A stretch of DNA of 46,923 nucleotides. Origin: Bacillota bacterium (lineage in GTDB: Bacteria; Bacillota; Bacilli; Lactobacillales; Streptococcaceae). Location of the stretch: positions 1 to 46,923 of the forward strand of contig JAJXWC010000001.1 in the NCBI GenBank assembly GCA_021781855.1. Reading direction: 5' to 3'. A program made the position numbers and the translations under genes. Positions 29,506-39,335 of the stretch are shown one piece after another (positions within the stretch are counted from its first letter, which is position 1; each line of letters starts with the position of its first letter). The notes beneath the pieces are model-generated. The model ran no database searches. It was not told where the DNA came from and was given only the letters and a program-made list of their open reading frames with translations.

Positions 29506-29994
29506 ATGGTAATGACACGCGAAAGAAATCAAGCAGAAGAAGATTCAAAAACATTTATTGACGAGGCAGGATTGATTAACCTACCTACAGGCAAATTTGA
29601 CCTGCGTTTACTACGAACCTTTCTCAATCAAATGCCTTTTGAAATTGATTTGATTGATGCAAATGATAAATTTGTTTATTTCACCGATAGCGATACGCGA
29701 ATGCACAAACGTTTTGTAGAGCAGTTGGGTAAAGACTTGATTGACTTGCATCCTGCACAGCCCGAGCGTATCCGTCCAACCGTACAGAAAATTTTGAACA
29801 GTTTCAAAGACGGCTCTGCTAATCACTATGAACAATGGTTCCCGATGGGAAACAAAACTTGCTATATCAACTACTATGCTCTGCGTGATGCTGACGGTAC
29901 TTATCTCGGCTGTATGGAATTCACAGGGGATATCACGCGTATCCAAGGTTTCCGTGGTATTCGCACACCGCATAATTCGGAAAAAACAGAATGA
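29506..29994 (+). CDS. Stand-alone PAS domain protein (PAS_10-like)
   Basis: LNQMPFEIDLID, QLGK...LHP, YINYYALRDADGTYLGCME. Confidence 0.8.
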   Translation: MVMTRERNQAEEDSKTFIDEAGLINLPTGKFDLRLLRTFLNQMPFEIDLIDANDKFVYFTDSDTRMHKRFVEQLGKDLIDLHPAQPERIRPTVQKILNSFKDGSANHYEQWFPMGNKTCYINYYALRDADGTYLGCMEFTGDITRIQGFRGIRTPHNSEKTE

Positions 29995-30107
29995 AACTCC
30001 CACTGAATTCAGGAGATAAGCTCATATCTGCGACATCCATCGCTTTATCTTCACTTCGCTAGGTTTACCTTGCAATGATAAATCATACTTCCGCCGATTC
30101 GGCGGAT

Positions 30108-30296
30108 TTTTTAAACTGGTAAGTGCCCGCTATCTGCGCACCCCGTGCCACGAAAAACGAGAGCTTTGCCTCTCTCTATCGACAGCGTAGTGCGAAGCGA
30201 AAGGATAGCAGAGCAAAGTGAGACGGTAACTTGGCAGTGCAGATGTACTCAGTAGTGGGGGAACGAATTCCCCCACTGATGAAGTAATCACTTCAA
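30108..30296 (-). repeat. Modular repeat element, type 2 ends, reverse orientation
   Basis: ttttaaactggtaagtgcccgctatc to gtgggggaacgaattcccccactgatgaagtaatcacttcaa. Confidence 0.8.
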
Positions 30297-30419
30297 ACAC
30301 AATAGAAATAAAAGATTAGATAAAAATACAAAAAAGTAATTCTTTGCGTTTTATCTTTTATTGAGTTAAAATAAGATTAAATTATGGGAAAATTTTAACC
30401 TATCAAATGTCTGCTAATT

Positions 30420-30880
30420 TCTCCGCCTAAAAAAGCATGGGATTAGCAACACTATCTCTGCAGCTTTGCTACTAAGAATGGCGATAAACAGTATACTGTA
30501 CTGTTAAGTTGTTGAGCTGTCCATCCTCGCTACGCTGCTAAAGCAGCTAGTCGGAGGGGCAATCTATGCTCTCGTTCTACTGCCGTAGAGACTTGGCGCT
30601 TTAGCGCTTGCTATTTCGCCTTGTGACTTTAGTCGCTTGCGATTTGAACTTCCGACTTTAGTCGGTTAGTGAAATCAACAGGTTAACAGCTCAATAGTAC
30701 GGTGTACTGTTGAGGTTGCAGATAGAGAGTGAAGCTCTCATCTTTCGTAGTGTGCTGTTAAGGTTACGGATAGAGTAAACGAAGTTTACGTCTTTCGTAA
30801 CGAAGCGGAGATAGACTTCACGGACAGGGTGACCTGACATCAGTGAGGAGAAGCCCCCACTGATAAAGTAATCACTTCAA
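30420..30880 (-). repeat. Largest composite repeat element, with many modules
   Basis: Two cagtac..gtactg palindromes, 43-bp module matching 25050-25092 (1 mismatch), modules shared with 15340-15380, 20360-20403 and 34230-34290; ends gtaatcacttcaa. Confidence 0.8.
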
Positions 30881-30914
30881 AATTACCTATTATAAACTGA
30901 AAGTGAGCTAAAAA

Positions 30915-32714
30915 ATGCTGACAGATTTAAAGAATTTTTTAAAGATTTATCTTATGGAATTTCGACGGAATTTCAAGTATTATGTTGCCTTATTTTTATT
31001 AATGAACCTGTTCCTCACGGTGTTGATTATTCCGCTTTTTAATTGGTTAGCTGGGCTTATCATGGAAATTAGCGGGATTCCTTTCATATCGTATAATAAT
31101 TTGCCGATTTTAATAACTCATCACTTTTTGGGCGTAATCGGTTTATTTATTCTGCTCCTTGTCTTGCTCTTAATTGTTTATCTTCAATTTGCTGTCCAAT
31201 TTTATGGGGTACGATTAATTCAATCAGGTTTACTGACATTTAAAGAGATAAGAAAGGAAACGCTAAAAGCGTTATATCATTTAAATGTGCAAAGCTTTAT
31301 TTTCTTTGTTTTCTATTTTGTACTCATTTTGCCTTTTGGCGGTTATCTCTTTTCAACCCCCTTACTGACGAAAATTCAAATTCCGGCTTTTACAATGGAA
31401 TTCTTCTTGGCAAAATGGACTAATACACTTATTCTGATTGCTTTTTATGCTATCGTTCTGTTGCTTGGCTCACGTTTTTTGTTTGTCCTTCCATTGAACA
31501 TTTTGAAAGGTCAGCCCATTCGTGAAGCACTTAGAGAAAGTCTTAAAAAGACACGCGGTTGGAAAAAGATGCCCTATCTCGTTTCTTTTTCTGTTATCAG
31601 ACTTCTTGCATTGCTTATCTCCCAGATTGCTTATTGGCTGATGTATGCCTTGCAGCTTTATTTTGACCACACTGGCTTTGCACTCCCTACATCAATTATT
31701 TTTTTGAGTCTCATTCAAATTATTGGTATATTGGTACAAATACTTGCTTCAGTACTAATTTTCAGTTTCCTCATGCACCATCTTGACTATCTACCAAGTG
31801 GGAGGCGAGTTGAACCGAAAAAATTTCGCAAAAGTTTTAGATATGTTGCAATCGGACTTGCAGTCTTGACAATTCTAATTGTTGGAGTGGCAGATTATGC
31901 TTATATGGCAGGACTCACTGTTAGCCGACCTTTGACTATTTCACACCGCGGAGTGAATGAGGAAAACGGTGTTCAAAATACGATTCCAGCTTTGAAACTT
32001 ACAGCAAAAGAAAAGCCAGACTATGTTGAAATGGATATCCAAGAAACAAGCGATAGACAGTTTGTTGTCATGCATGATGCCAATCTAACTACACTCGCCG
32101 GCATCAATAAATCTCCTCAGCAAATGACTTTGAATGAATTGACTGCAACGACAGTTAGAGAAAATGGCCATACTGCAAAAATTGCTAGTTTATCCGCCTA
32201 TATGACTGCTGCTGCACAAATTCATCAGAAACTTCTGATTGAGATAAAAACAAGTCCTACAGACCCAGACAGTACGGCGGCACTTGTTCAGCGGCTCTTG
32301 ACGCAATATGGCAGTCGTATCCAGGCAGACCATGATATGATACATTCATTAGATTATAATGCAGTTGCTGCAGTAAAAAAAGATGCGCCAAGTATCTCAG
32401 TCAGTTTTATTTTACCTTTTAATATTATATTCCCTCAAACTTCGGCAAATGCTTATACAATGGAAGCCACAACCTTAGATGCCGATTTTATCAATCAAGC
32501 TCATGACCAAGGAAAAAAAGTCTATGCTTGGACAGTAGATAGTGCGGCTTTGATGCAAGAAGAAATGGCAAATGATGCTGACGGTATCATTACCGATAAT
32601 TTAACTCTCCTGAAACAGCAAATTAAAAAGTATAGCCTTTATCCGAGCTACTCAGCAAGATTGCGGATGTATATAAATCTTCTACCCGATTCAGGTATTG
32701 CTGAAACCGACTGA
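30915..32714 (+). CDS. Membrane-domain glycerophosphodiester phosphodiesterase
   Basis: N-terminal multi-TM domain; ISHRG, QNT, VEMDIQ, MHD, IEIK, AWTVD, GIITD. Confidence 0.9.
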   Translation: MLTDLKNFLKIYLMEFRRNFKYYVALFLLMNLFLTVLIIPLFNWLAGLIMEISGIPFISYNNLPILITHHFLGVIGLFILLLVLLLIVYLQFAVQFYGVRLIQSGLLTFKEIRKETLKALYHLNVQSFIFFVFYFVLILPFGGYLFSTPLLTKIQIPAFTMEFFLAKWTNTLILIAFYAIVLLLGSRFLFVLPLNILKGQPIREALRESLKKTRGWKKMPYLVSFSVIRLLALLISQIAYWLMYALQLYFDHTGFALPTSIIFLSLIQIIGILVQILASVLIFSFLMHHLDYLPSGRRVEPKKFRKSFRYVAIGLAVLTILIVGVADYAYMAGLTVSRPLTISHRGVNEENGVQNTIPALKLTAKEKPDYVEMDIQETSDRQFVVMHDANLTTLAGINKSPQQMTLNELTATTVRENGHTAKIASLSAYMTAAAQIHQKLLIEIKTSPTDPDSTAALVQRLLTQYGSRIQADHDMIHSLDYNAVAAVKKDAPSISVSFILPFNIIFPQTSANAYTMEATTLDADFINQAHDQGKKVYAWTVDSAALMQEEMANDADGIITDNLTLLKQQIKKYSLYPSYSARLRMYINLLPDSGIAETD

Positions 32715-32802
32715 TTATCGTTATTATTTAGAAAAAAACCTTTGACAAAAACAAATGAATACTGTAAAATAGATAAGTACGCAAATTTTTAGACGTACAG
32801 GC

Positions 32803-32830
32803 GTGGAAGGTCTTGCGACCGCAACACCAC
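32803..32830 (+). promoter_or_regulatory. Putative ribosomal protein L1-binding leader before rplK
   Basis: gtggaagg..accac stem resembles the L1 autoregulatory site; a similar motif lies before rplA at 33446-33474. Confidence 0.5.
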
Positions 32831-32862
32831 ATCACGAAATTTTATAAAGGAGAGTATTTATC

Positions 32863-33288
32863 GTGGCTAAAAAAGTCGAAAAACTCGTTAAATTGCAAAT
32901 TCCTGCCGGTAAAGCAACACCAGCTCCACCAGTTGGTCCAGCTTTGGGTCAAGCAGGTGTCAACATCATGGGATTCACAAAGGAATTCAATGCTCGTACT
33001 GCTGACCAAGCAGGTATGATTATTCCAGTTGTCATCTCAGTTTATGAAGACAAATCATTCACATTCATCACAAAAACTCCTCCAGCGGCAGTTTTGTTGA
33101 AAAAAGCAGCAGGTGTTCAAAAAGGTTCTGGCGAGCCAAACAAGAACAAAGTTGCTAAAGTGACAAAAGCACAAATTGAAGAAATTGCAAACCTCAAAAT
33201 GCCTGACCTTAACGCTGCTTCAGTTGAAGCTGCAATGCGCATGATTGAAGGTACTGCTAAGTCTATGGGATTCACTGTTACAGACTAA
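32863..33288 (+). CDS. rplK: 50S ribosomal protein L11
   Basis: [20 protein letters not shown]. Confidence 0.98.
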   Translation: MAKKVEKLVKLQIPAGKATPAPPVGPALGQAGVNIMGFTKEFNARTADQAGMIIPVVISVYEDKSFTFITKTPPAAVLLKKAAGVQKGSGEPNKNKVAKVTKAQIEEIANLKMPDLNAASVEAAMRMIEGTAKSMGFTVTD

Positions 33289-33390
33289 TTTTCGAATTTC
33301 GTCGAAATTTCTTCGTTAGTCGAGCACTCGCGTACTTCAGTACGCGTCGCACTCGCCTACCTCGAAATTTCTTAGAAATTCAAAATTAGT
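33284..33390. repeat. ~107-bp interrupted palindrome between rplK and rplA
   Basis: actaatttt..gaatttc..gaaatttc..cgcgtact-tc-agtacgcg..gaaatttc..gaaattc-aaaattagt. Confidence 0.8.
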
Positions 33391-33489
33391 TGGTTAATTT
33401 TGGATTTCTATTCGATATTGTCTCACATGCAATCCTCAATTTTAAGTGGAAGGCTAAACAACCGTTATTACCACAAGGAGAATATAAAA

Positions 33490-34179
33490 ATGGCTAAAAA
33501 AAGCAAAGCATTGCGCGCTGCTTACGAAAAAGTAGATGCGCTTAAACAATACAGCCTCGAAGAAGCTGTTCAACTTGCAAAAGAAACTTCATTTGCAAAA
33601 TTCGATGCAACTGTTGAAGTTGCTTACAACCTCAACATTGACACTAAAAAATCTGACCAACAAATCCGTGGCGCTATGGTCTTGCCAAACGGAACGGGTA
33701 AAACTGCTCGCGTGCTTGTATTTGCACGTGGTGCTAAAGCTGAAGAAGCAACAGCAGCAGGAGCAGATTTTGTTGGCGCTGATGAATTAGTTGCAAAAAT
33801 CAATGGCGGCTGGCTTGATTTCGATGTTGTTATCGCAACACCTGATATGATGGCTATCGTTGGTCGTCTTGGACGTGTCCTCGGACCACGTAACTTGATG
33901 CCAAATCCTAAAACTGGTACTGTTACAATGGATGTGACAAAAGCAGTTGAAGAATCAAAAGCTGGTAAAGTGAACTATCGTGCTGATAAAGCAGGTAATG
34001 TACTTGTTCCAATCGGAAAAGTTTCATTTGATACAGAAAAATTGGTTGAAAACTTCAAAGCGCTGCACACTGTTATCCTTGCTGCAAAACCTGCAGCTGC
34101 TAAAGGAACATATATCACGAACCTTTCTGTTACGACAACAATGGGTCCTGGTGTAAAAGTTGATGCGGCAACTTTCTAA
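33490..34179 (+). CDS. rplA: 50S ribosomal protein L1
   Basis: RBS aaggag and ATG 33490; [23 protein letters not shown]. Confidence 0.98.
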   Translation: MAKKSKALRAAYEKVDALKQYSLEEAVQLAKETSFAKFDATVEVAYNLNIDTKKSDQQIRGAMVLPNGTGKTARVLVFARGAKAEEATAAGADFVGADELVAKINGGWLDFDVVIATPDMMAIVGRLGRVLGPRNLMPNPKTGTVTMDVTKAVEESKAGKVNYRADKAGNVLVPIGKVSFDTEKLVENFKALHTVILAAKPAAAKGTYITNLSVTTTMGPGVKVDAATF

Positions 34180-34190
34180 TGATTTGAACT

Positions 34191-34215
34191 AAAGAAGCTT
34201 CGGCTTCTTTTTTTT
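34191..34215 (+). terminator. rplK-rplA terminator
   Basis: aagaagc-ttcg-gcttctt followed by T tract. Confidence 0.9.
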
Positions 34216-34229
34216 GCACTTCTTGCTGT

Positions 34230-34349
34230 CAAGCTGTCTATCTTCACTACACTGCTAAAACAGCTAGTCGGAATGGCAAGCTTCAAATTTCGCTCGACTA
34301 CCCTAAATTTAATGGGAGTTTCAACTTCCACTAAATAAATCTTCACTTT
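34230..34349 (-). repeat. Repeat element fragment (type 1 left end, reverse orientation)
   Basis: ccctaaatttaatgggagtttcaacttccactaaataaatc plus the gctaaaacagctagtcggaatggcaag module. Confidence 0.7.
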
Positions 34350-34490
34350 ATTTTTCGGATAAATTCAAAAAATTAGAAACTTTGATTAAAATAATTGAAA
34401 ATATTTTGACAATTAAAAAATCTCTTGCTATAATAGTAAAGTCGAGTTTATAAGACCTTATTATTATTTAGAAATTATTGGAGGAAGTAA

Positions 34491-35897
34491 ATGGGATTTA
34501 CAAGACGAGCAAATTTTGCTACTTATAGCAAAGCAGATAAAAAATTGGAACAAGTACTGGGGACACGAGATTTTTTGGCCTTAGGTGTTGGAACGATTAT
34601 TTCTACATCTATTTTTACCTTACCTGGTATTGTGGCTGCCGAATATGCAGGACCTGCAGTCGTTTTCTCGTATTTAATTGCAGCGGTTGTCGCAGGGCTT
34701 GTGGCATTTGCTTATGCTGAGATGTCGACGGTTATGCCGTTTGCTGGGTCTGCTTATTCATGGATTTCAGTGCTTTTTGGGGAAGGCTTCGGTTGGATTG
34801 CCGGTTGGGCTTTGTTGGCAGAATACTTTATTGCAGTTGCCTTTGTTGGCTCGGGTTTTTCGGCGACTCTGCGAAATCTTTTAGGACAACTTCATTTTCA
34901 AGTGCCCTTCGCTTTGGCTAATCCGATTACTGCGGGTGGCTTTGTAGATATTATCTCCTTGTTAGTTGTGGCTGTCTCGGCGTTGATTGTCTGGATGGGG
35001 GCTTCTGATGCCGGAAATGTTGCTAAAGTCCTTGTTGTATTGAAAGTTGCTGCCATTATTGCCTTCATAGTTGTTGGGATTAGTGTTATTAAACCGCAAA
35101 ATTATGTGCCATTTATTCCCGCTCATAATGCAAAAACAGGGTTTGGTGGTATTTCGGGGATTTTAGCGGGTGTTTCAACGATTTTCTTGGCTTATATCGG
35201 TTTTGATTCGATTGCGGCGAATTCGGCTGAAGCAAAAAATCCTCAAAAGACAATGCCACGCGGAATTTTAGGTTCTTTAGTCATTGCTGTATTGCTTTTT
35301 GCAGCAGTAACGTTGGTGCTAGTCGGAATGCATCCTTATTATGCTTACGCCAATCAGGGGGCACCTGTTTCTTGGGCACTTGAATCAGCAGGTTTTGGGA
35401 CACTTTCACAGATTGTGTCTGTGGTTGCTGATGCAGGAATGTTTGTTGCGCTTTTAGGAATGGTTTTGGCTGGGTCACGTTTGATTTATGCTTTTGGGCG
35501 TGATGGGATGTTACCTTCTGCACTTGGAAAATTGGATAAACGTGGGCTTCCTTCAAACGGTTTGTTAGTCATTACAGTTGTTGGGATTGTTATCGGTGCT
35601 TTCTTTCCTTTGACTTTCTTATCACAGTTGATTTCTGCGGGAACTTTGGTTGCCTTTATCTTTGTTTCTTTGGGAATGTTTGCTTTGCGTCCGCGCGAGG
35701 GCAAAGATTTACCTTTAGCAAGTTACAAAATGCCATTTTATCCTATTTTACCAGCCCTGGGTGCTATTGGTTCTGTCGTTGTTTTTGAGCTTTTGGACCC
35801 TATGGCGAAACTCTATGCTTTCCTTTGGTTCATTTTAGGTGTGATTATTTACACGACTTATGGCAGTAAGCATAGCAAAAATCAAGTTGAAGAGTGA
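34491..35897 (+). CDS. bcaP: APC-family branched-chain amino acid permease (BcaP/CtrA-like)
   Basis: RDFLALGVGTIISTSIFTLPG and AYIGFDSIAANSAEAKNPQKTMPRG as in L. lactis BcaP (recalled). Confidence 0.72.
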   Translation: MGFTRRANFATYSKADKKLEQVLGTRDFLALGVGTIISTSIFTLPGIVAAEYAGPAVVFSYLIAAVVAGLVAFAYAEMSTVMPFAGSAYSWISVLFGEGFGWIAGWALLAEYFIAVAFVGSGFSATLRNLLGQLHFQVPFALANPITAGGFVDIISLLVVAVSALIVWMGASDAGNVAKVLVVLKVAAIIAFIVVGISVIKPQNYVPFIPAHNAKTGFGGISGILAGVSTIFLAYIGFDSIAANSAEAKNPQKTMPRGILGSLVIAVLLFAAVTLVLVGMHPYYAYANQGAPVSWALESAGFGTLSQIVSVVADAGMFVALLGMVLAGSRLIYAFGRDGMLPSALGKLDKRGLPSNGLLVITVVGIVIGAFFPLTFLSQLISAGTLVAFIFVSLGMFALRPREGKDLPLASYKMPFYPILPALGAIGSVVVFELLDPMAKLYAFLWFILGVIIYTTYGSKHSKNQVEE

Positions 35898-36105
35898 AGT
35901 AGAGACTAATTTGAATCTTGCCATTTTGACTAGATATTTTAGCCTTGTAGCGAGAGTGTACTGTTCAGGTTGCAGAGATGGGATACATTGCTGAAATGAA
36001 GCTGTGGTTTTGTCTATCTTTATGAAAATCAGAAAATTTTTCTGATTTTTTAATTTTTTCTGGTAAATCTATTGATAAGTCCCATTTTTCGTGCTAGAAT
36101 GAGTT

Positions 36106-36453
36106 ATGTTTATTTATCTCTGGGCATTTATTACGGCGGCATTTGGAATTATTTATCTATTTCAAATTTTGCATCTGAGCTTGATTGGTTTGGAAGTTGT
36201 GGCGATTTTATTGCTTTTTCTGAGTTTTTCTGAAGCTCAAAAAGGAAATTATCGCCGAATTATCGGTATGAATTTAATCATGGTTTTCGTGATGTTTGTT
36301 CTTTACTATTCGCATCGAACTTTTACTTATATTCGTGGAGATATTGAGAAATTGCTCGTTATTGGACTGAGCTTTGTTTTGGCAGAGTTGTTTGGCATTT
36401 TCTGGGGGAGACTATTTTTTAAGCATCAATCAGATAATAAAAAAACGAATTGA
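36106..36453 (+). CDS. Hypothetical membrane protein (~4 TM)
   Basis: Hydrophobic ORF; extended -10 TGCTAGAAT immediately upstream. Confidence 0.7.
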   Translation: MFIYLWAFITAAFGIIYLFQILHLSLIGLEVVAILLLFLSFSEAQKGNYRRIIGMNLIMVFVMFVLYYSHRTFTYIRGDIEKLLVIGLSFVLAELFGIFWGRLFFKHQSDNKKTN

Positions 36454-36457
36454 AATC

Positions 36458-36688
36458 TCAGTTCGTTTTTTGATTGATTTGGTTGATGTTTTCAAGTAAT
36501 TCATTGATTTTATCAATTTTAGGCTGTGCGGAAACTTGAAATTCGCTGATTTTGCGTTGGATATCTTGGCTGGTACGCTCAGCTTTTTTGATTTCATCTT
36601 GAACTCGTTCTGCATTACTTTTGACGTTATTGATATTTTCTGTCAGTTCGGTGAGCAGTCCTTTGATGTCTTTGAAAAATTCGGTCAT
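36458..36688 (-). CDS. Hypothetical coiled-coil protein downstream of hit
   Basis: RBS ggag; co-oriented with hit, 9 nt gap. Confidence 0.65.
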   Translation of the reverse strand: MTEFFKDIKGLLTELTENINNVKSNAERVQDEIKKAERTSQDIQRKISEFQVSAQPKIDKINELLENINQINQKTN

Positions 36689-36697
36689 GGTAGCTCC

Positions 36698-37099
36698 TTA
36701 ATTCTGATTGATTTCCTTGGCAATCGCAGTCAGGTCAAAGTTGTGCTGAGTGAATTGACCTATAAAACCGTCATCTTCAGCATAGCGCGGAATAAGGTGA
36801 ACGTGGGTGTGAAAAACGCTTTGTCCAGCAATTTCTTCATTATTTTGAAGAATATTCATGCCTTTGGCATTGAGATTTTTGACGATTTTGTTAGCGAGTT
36901 GCGGAATTTTTGAAAAAAGAAGCGCTGCTTCATCGGGAGTCATTGCGAGTAAATTTCGTGCGTGTTTTTTGGGAATAACGAGTGTGTGCCCTTTCGTTGT
37001 CTGGGTAATATCAAGAATAGCAAGGATGTCCTCATCCTCATAAATTTTTGTACTGGGAATTTCACCAGCGATGATTTTGCAGAAAATACAGTTGTCCAT
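36698..37099 (-). CDS. hit: HIT family hydrolase
   Basis: CIFCKII, GHTLVIPK, HTHVHLIPR; ATG 37099 with RBS ggagg. Confidence 0.93.
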   Translation of the reverse strand: MDNCIFCKIIAGEIPSTKIYEDEDILAILDITQTTKGHTLVIPKKHARNLLAMTPDEAALLFSKIPQLANKIVKNLNAKGMNILQNNEEIAGQSVFHTHVHLIPRYAEDDGFIGQFTQHNFDLTAIAKEINQN

Positions 37100-37138
37100 A
37101 ATGTCCTCCGTTTTTTTGTGTGAAAATGTTATAATATA

Positions 37139-37321
37139 ATGAAGTGAATACTTCATTAGCAGGGGATTCTTTCTCCTACTGATGTCAGGGCACTAGGTCC
37201 CTGAGACCTATCTCGCTTTGCTAGAGTGTACACCACAGCGTACTGTTTGTGGATAAAGAGAGCAAGAGTCTCATCTTTCGTAGCACGAAGGGCGCAGATA
37301 GCACGCACTTGCTAAGTTAAA
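37139..37321 (+). repeat. Modular repeat element, type 2 ends
   Basis: tgaagtgaatacttcattagcagggg..cctactgatgtcagg to gatagcacgcacttgctaagttaaa. Confidence 0.8.
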
Positions 37322-37356
37322 TTATACCAAATTTAACAAGAATTGGAGAGAAAAAC

Positions 37357-38097
37357 GTGGCTTTAAAAGTAACAAATCTAACGGGGGGCTATTTTGGCAA
37401 TCCTGTTTTAAAAGACGTGAGTTTTGAGATTGCTGATGGTGAATTGGTTGGTTTGATTGGTTTAAATGGTGCGGGAAAATCAACAACGATTCAAGAAGTT
37501 ATCGGTTTATTGACGCCTTATTCAGGAATGATTGAATTGGACGGATTGACTTTGCAGCAAGATATAGCGGCTTATCGTAAAAAAATTGGTTTCATTCCCG
37601 AAACACCAAGTTTATATGAAGAATTGACTTTGCGTGAGCATATTGAGGTGACAGCACTGGCTTACGGAATCGCTGCTGATGTTGCCTTGGAGCGGGCGGA
37701 GAAGCTTCTGGAGACCTTCCGCTTGTCGGACAAATTGGACTGGTTTCCAGTGAATTTTTCAAAGGGAATGAAACAGAAAGTGATGATTATCTGTGCCTTT
37801 TTGTGTGAACCGTCACTTTATATTATTGACGAGCCTTTTATGGGATTGGACCCGTTGGCGATTCAAGATTTGATTGATTTGATGCTAGAAATGAAGCGAG
37901 CCGGTAGTTCGATTTTGATGAGCACGCATATTTTGTCAACAGCCGAAAAGTTTTGCGATAAATTTGTGGTGCTGCATGAAGGACGGGTGTTAGCAAGCGG
38001 AACGCTTGATGAATTGCGCGCACAATTTGGGCAGCCCAATGCGAGTTTGGATGATATTTATTTGAGCTTGACAAGAGAGGCGGCGGTTCATGAATGA
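37357..38097 (+). CDS. ecsA: ABC transporter ATP-binding protein EcsA
   Basis: GLNGAGKST, FSKGMKQK, IIDEPF; divergent from hit. Confidence 0.9.
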   Translation: MALKVTNLTGGYFGNPVLKDVSFEIADGELVGLIGLNGAGKSTTIQEVIGLLTPYSGMIELDGLTLQQDIAAYRKKIGFIPETPSLYEELTLREHIEVTALAYGIAADVALERAEKLLETFRLSDKLDWFPVNFSKGMKQKVMIICAFLCEPSLYIIDEPFMGLDPLAIQDLIDLMLEMKRAGSSILMSTHILSTAEKFCDKFVVLHEGRVLASGTLDELRAQFGQPNASLDDIYLSLTREAAVHE

Positions 38098-39106
38098 AAT
38101 TTTTGCGAAACGTAGGCAGCATTGGCAAACGCAAAATCTGAAATATCTGCGCTATGTATTCAATGACCATTTTTCGCTGTTTCTGCTGATTTTACTGGGA
38201 GCTTTGGCAGTGCAATATGCACAATTTTTGCAGGCTCATGCTTTAGTTGGTTGGGAAAAAGTAGTACTTGTACTGTTGGTGAGTGGGATTGCACTTTTGC
38301 CGGGGCGGCTGGCTACTTTTGTCGAGGCGGCGGATAAAGTTTTTCTGTTGGTCCGCGAGCAGGAAGTGAAAAAAATGCTTCTTACGGCTTTACTGCGTTC
38401 GCTGATTTTACCAGCGGTTGTTAGCGTTGTTTTAGTGGTAATTGCGGCACCTTTATTGCGAATTTCTGTGATTCTTCTGGTGTTGTGGTTTGTGATTTTG
38501 CTGTGTTTAAAGGCTGGCTTGCTTGGCTTGCGTTTGCGAAAGTGGCAAGAAAATGAAATTTTACAGTGGGATTTGCTTATTCAGTATGAAGAAAATCGGA
38601 AAGTTTCAATTTTACGTTTTTTTGCCTTGTTTACAACGGTCAAAGGATTAAAATCGCACAGTCATCGGCGAAAATATTTGGATTTTCTTTTGCCGAAAAC
38701 ACGGCGTACCTATGAGTATTTGCTGTCACGTAGTTTTTTGCGTAGCGGTGATTATTTGGGGCTGACGGTGCGTTTGACCGTTTTGTCAATTCTAGCACTA
38801 ATTTTTGTCAGTAATTCGATTGTAGCAGTGATTTTGACAGCAGTACTTAATGCTCTGCTGGTTTTCCAACTCATTGCATTACGTGGGGCAATGGATTATC
38901 AGCTTTTGACGCGGCTATATCCTTTGAACAAATCGGTCAAAGCGGTTGCTGTTGAACGAATTTTACTAAGAGTTATGGGAGCTTTGACGCTTATAGAACT
39001 TATAGTTGGCATCATATTTTTGATGAATAAGATTTATCTGTTAGGAATCGTTTTGGTGAATTTCTTACTGGTTAAATTTTATGTGAAAAGTAGATTGAAA
39101 GATTAA
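38090..39106 (+). CDS. ecsB: ABC transporter permease EcsB
   Basis: KYLRYVFNDHF, FLRSGDYLGL; overlaps ecsA. Confidence 0.88.
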   Translation: MNEIFAKRRQHWQTQNLKYLRYVFNDHFSLFLLILLGALAVQYAQFLQAHALVGWEKVVLVLLVSGIALLPGRLATFVEAADKVFLLVREQEVKKMLLTALLRSLILPAVVSVVLVVIAAPLLRISVILLVLWFVILLCLKAGLLGLRLRKWQENEILQWDLLIQYEENRKVSILRFFALFTTVKGLKSHSHRRKYLDFLLPKTRRTYEYLLSRSFLRSGDYLGLTVRLTVLSILALIFVSNSIVAVILTAVLNALLVFQLIALRGAMDYQLLTRLYPLNKSVKAVAVERILLRVMGALTLIELIVGIIFLMNKIYLLGIVLVNFLLVKFYVKSRLKD

Positions 39107-39236
39107 TTTTGCCAATAGGTCTGCTTTCTTTTGCTATTGAAGTGATTACTTCGTCAAAGGTGGATTTTTTCTCCCGCTGGGTCAGGTCACCGTTTCGTTT
39201 TGCTCTGTTAAAATTATAAGCTGGCTGACAAAAACA

Positions 39237-39276
39237 GTACAAAAGAACTCACATTTAGATGTGAGCTCTTTTGTAC
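39237..39276. terminator. Bidirectional terminator between ecsB and cutC
   Basis: gtacaaaagaactcacat-ttag-atgtgagctcttttgtac. Confidence 0.75.
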
Positions 39277-39335
39277 CTAATTACCGACAAATCGTCAAGT
39301 TAAGTCGCAAGTTTGAGATACTAGGAATGAGTCGG

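Noticed and set aside
33400-33489. N-terminal extension of L1, and similar extensions on ppnK, hit, PTS IIC, apbE and era in the ORF track
   Set aside because: Downstream ATGs have a better RBS or promoter context and give family-typical lengths
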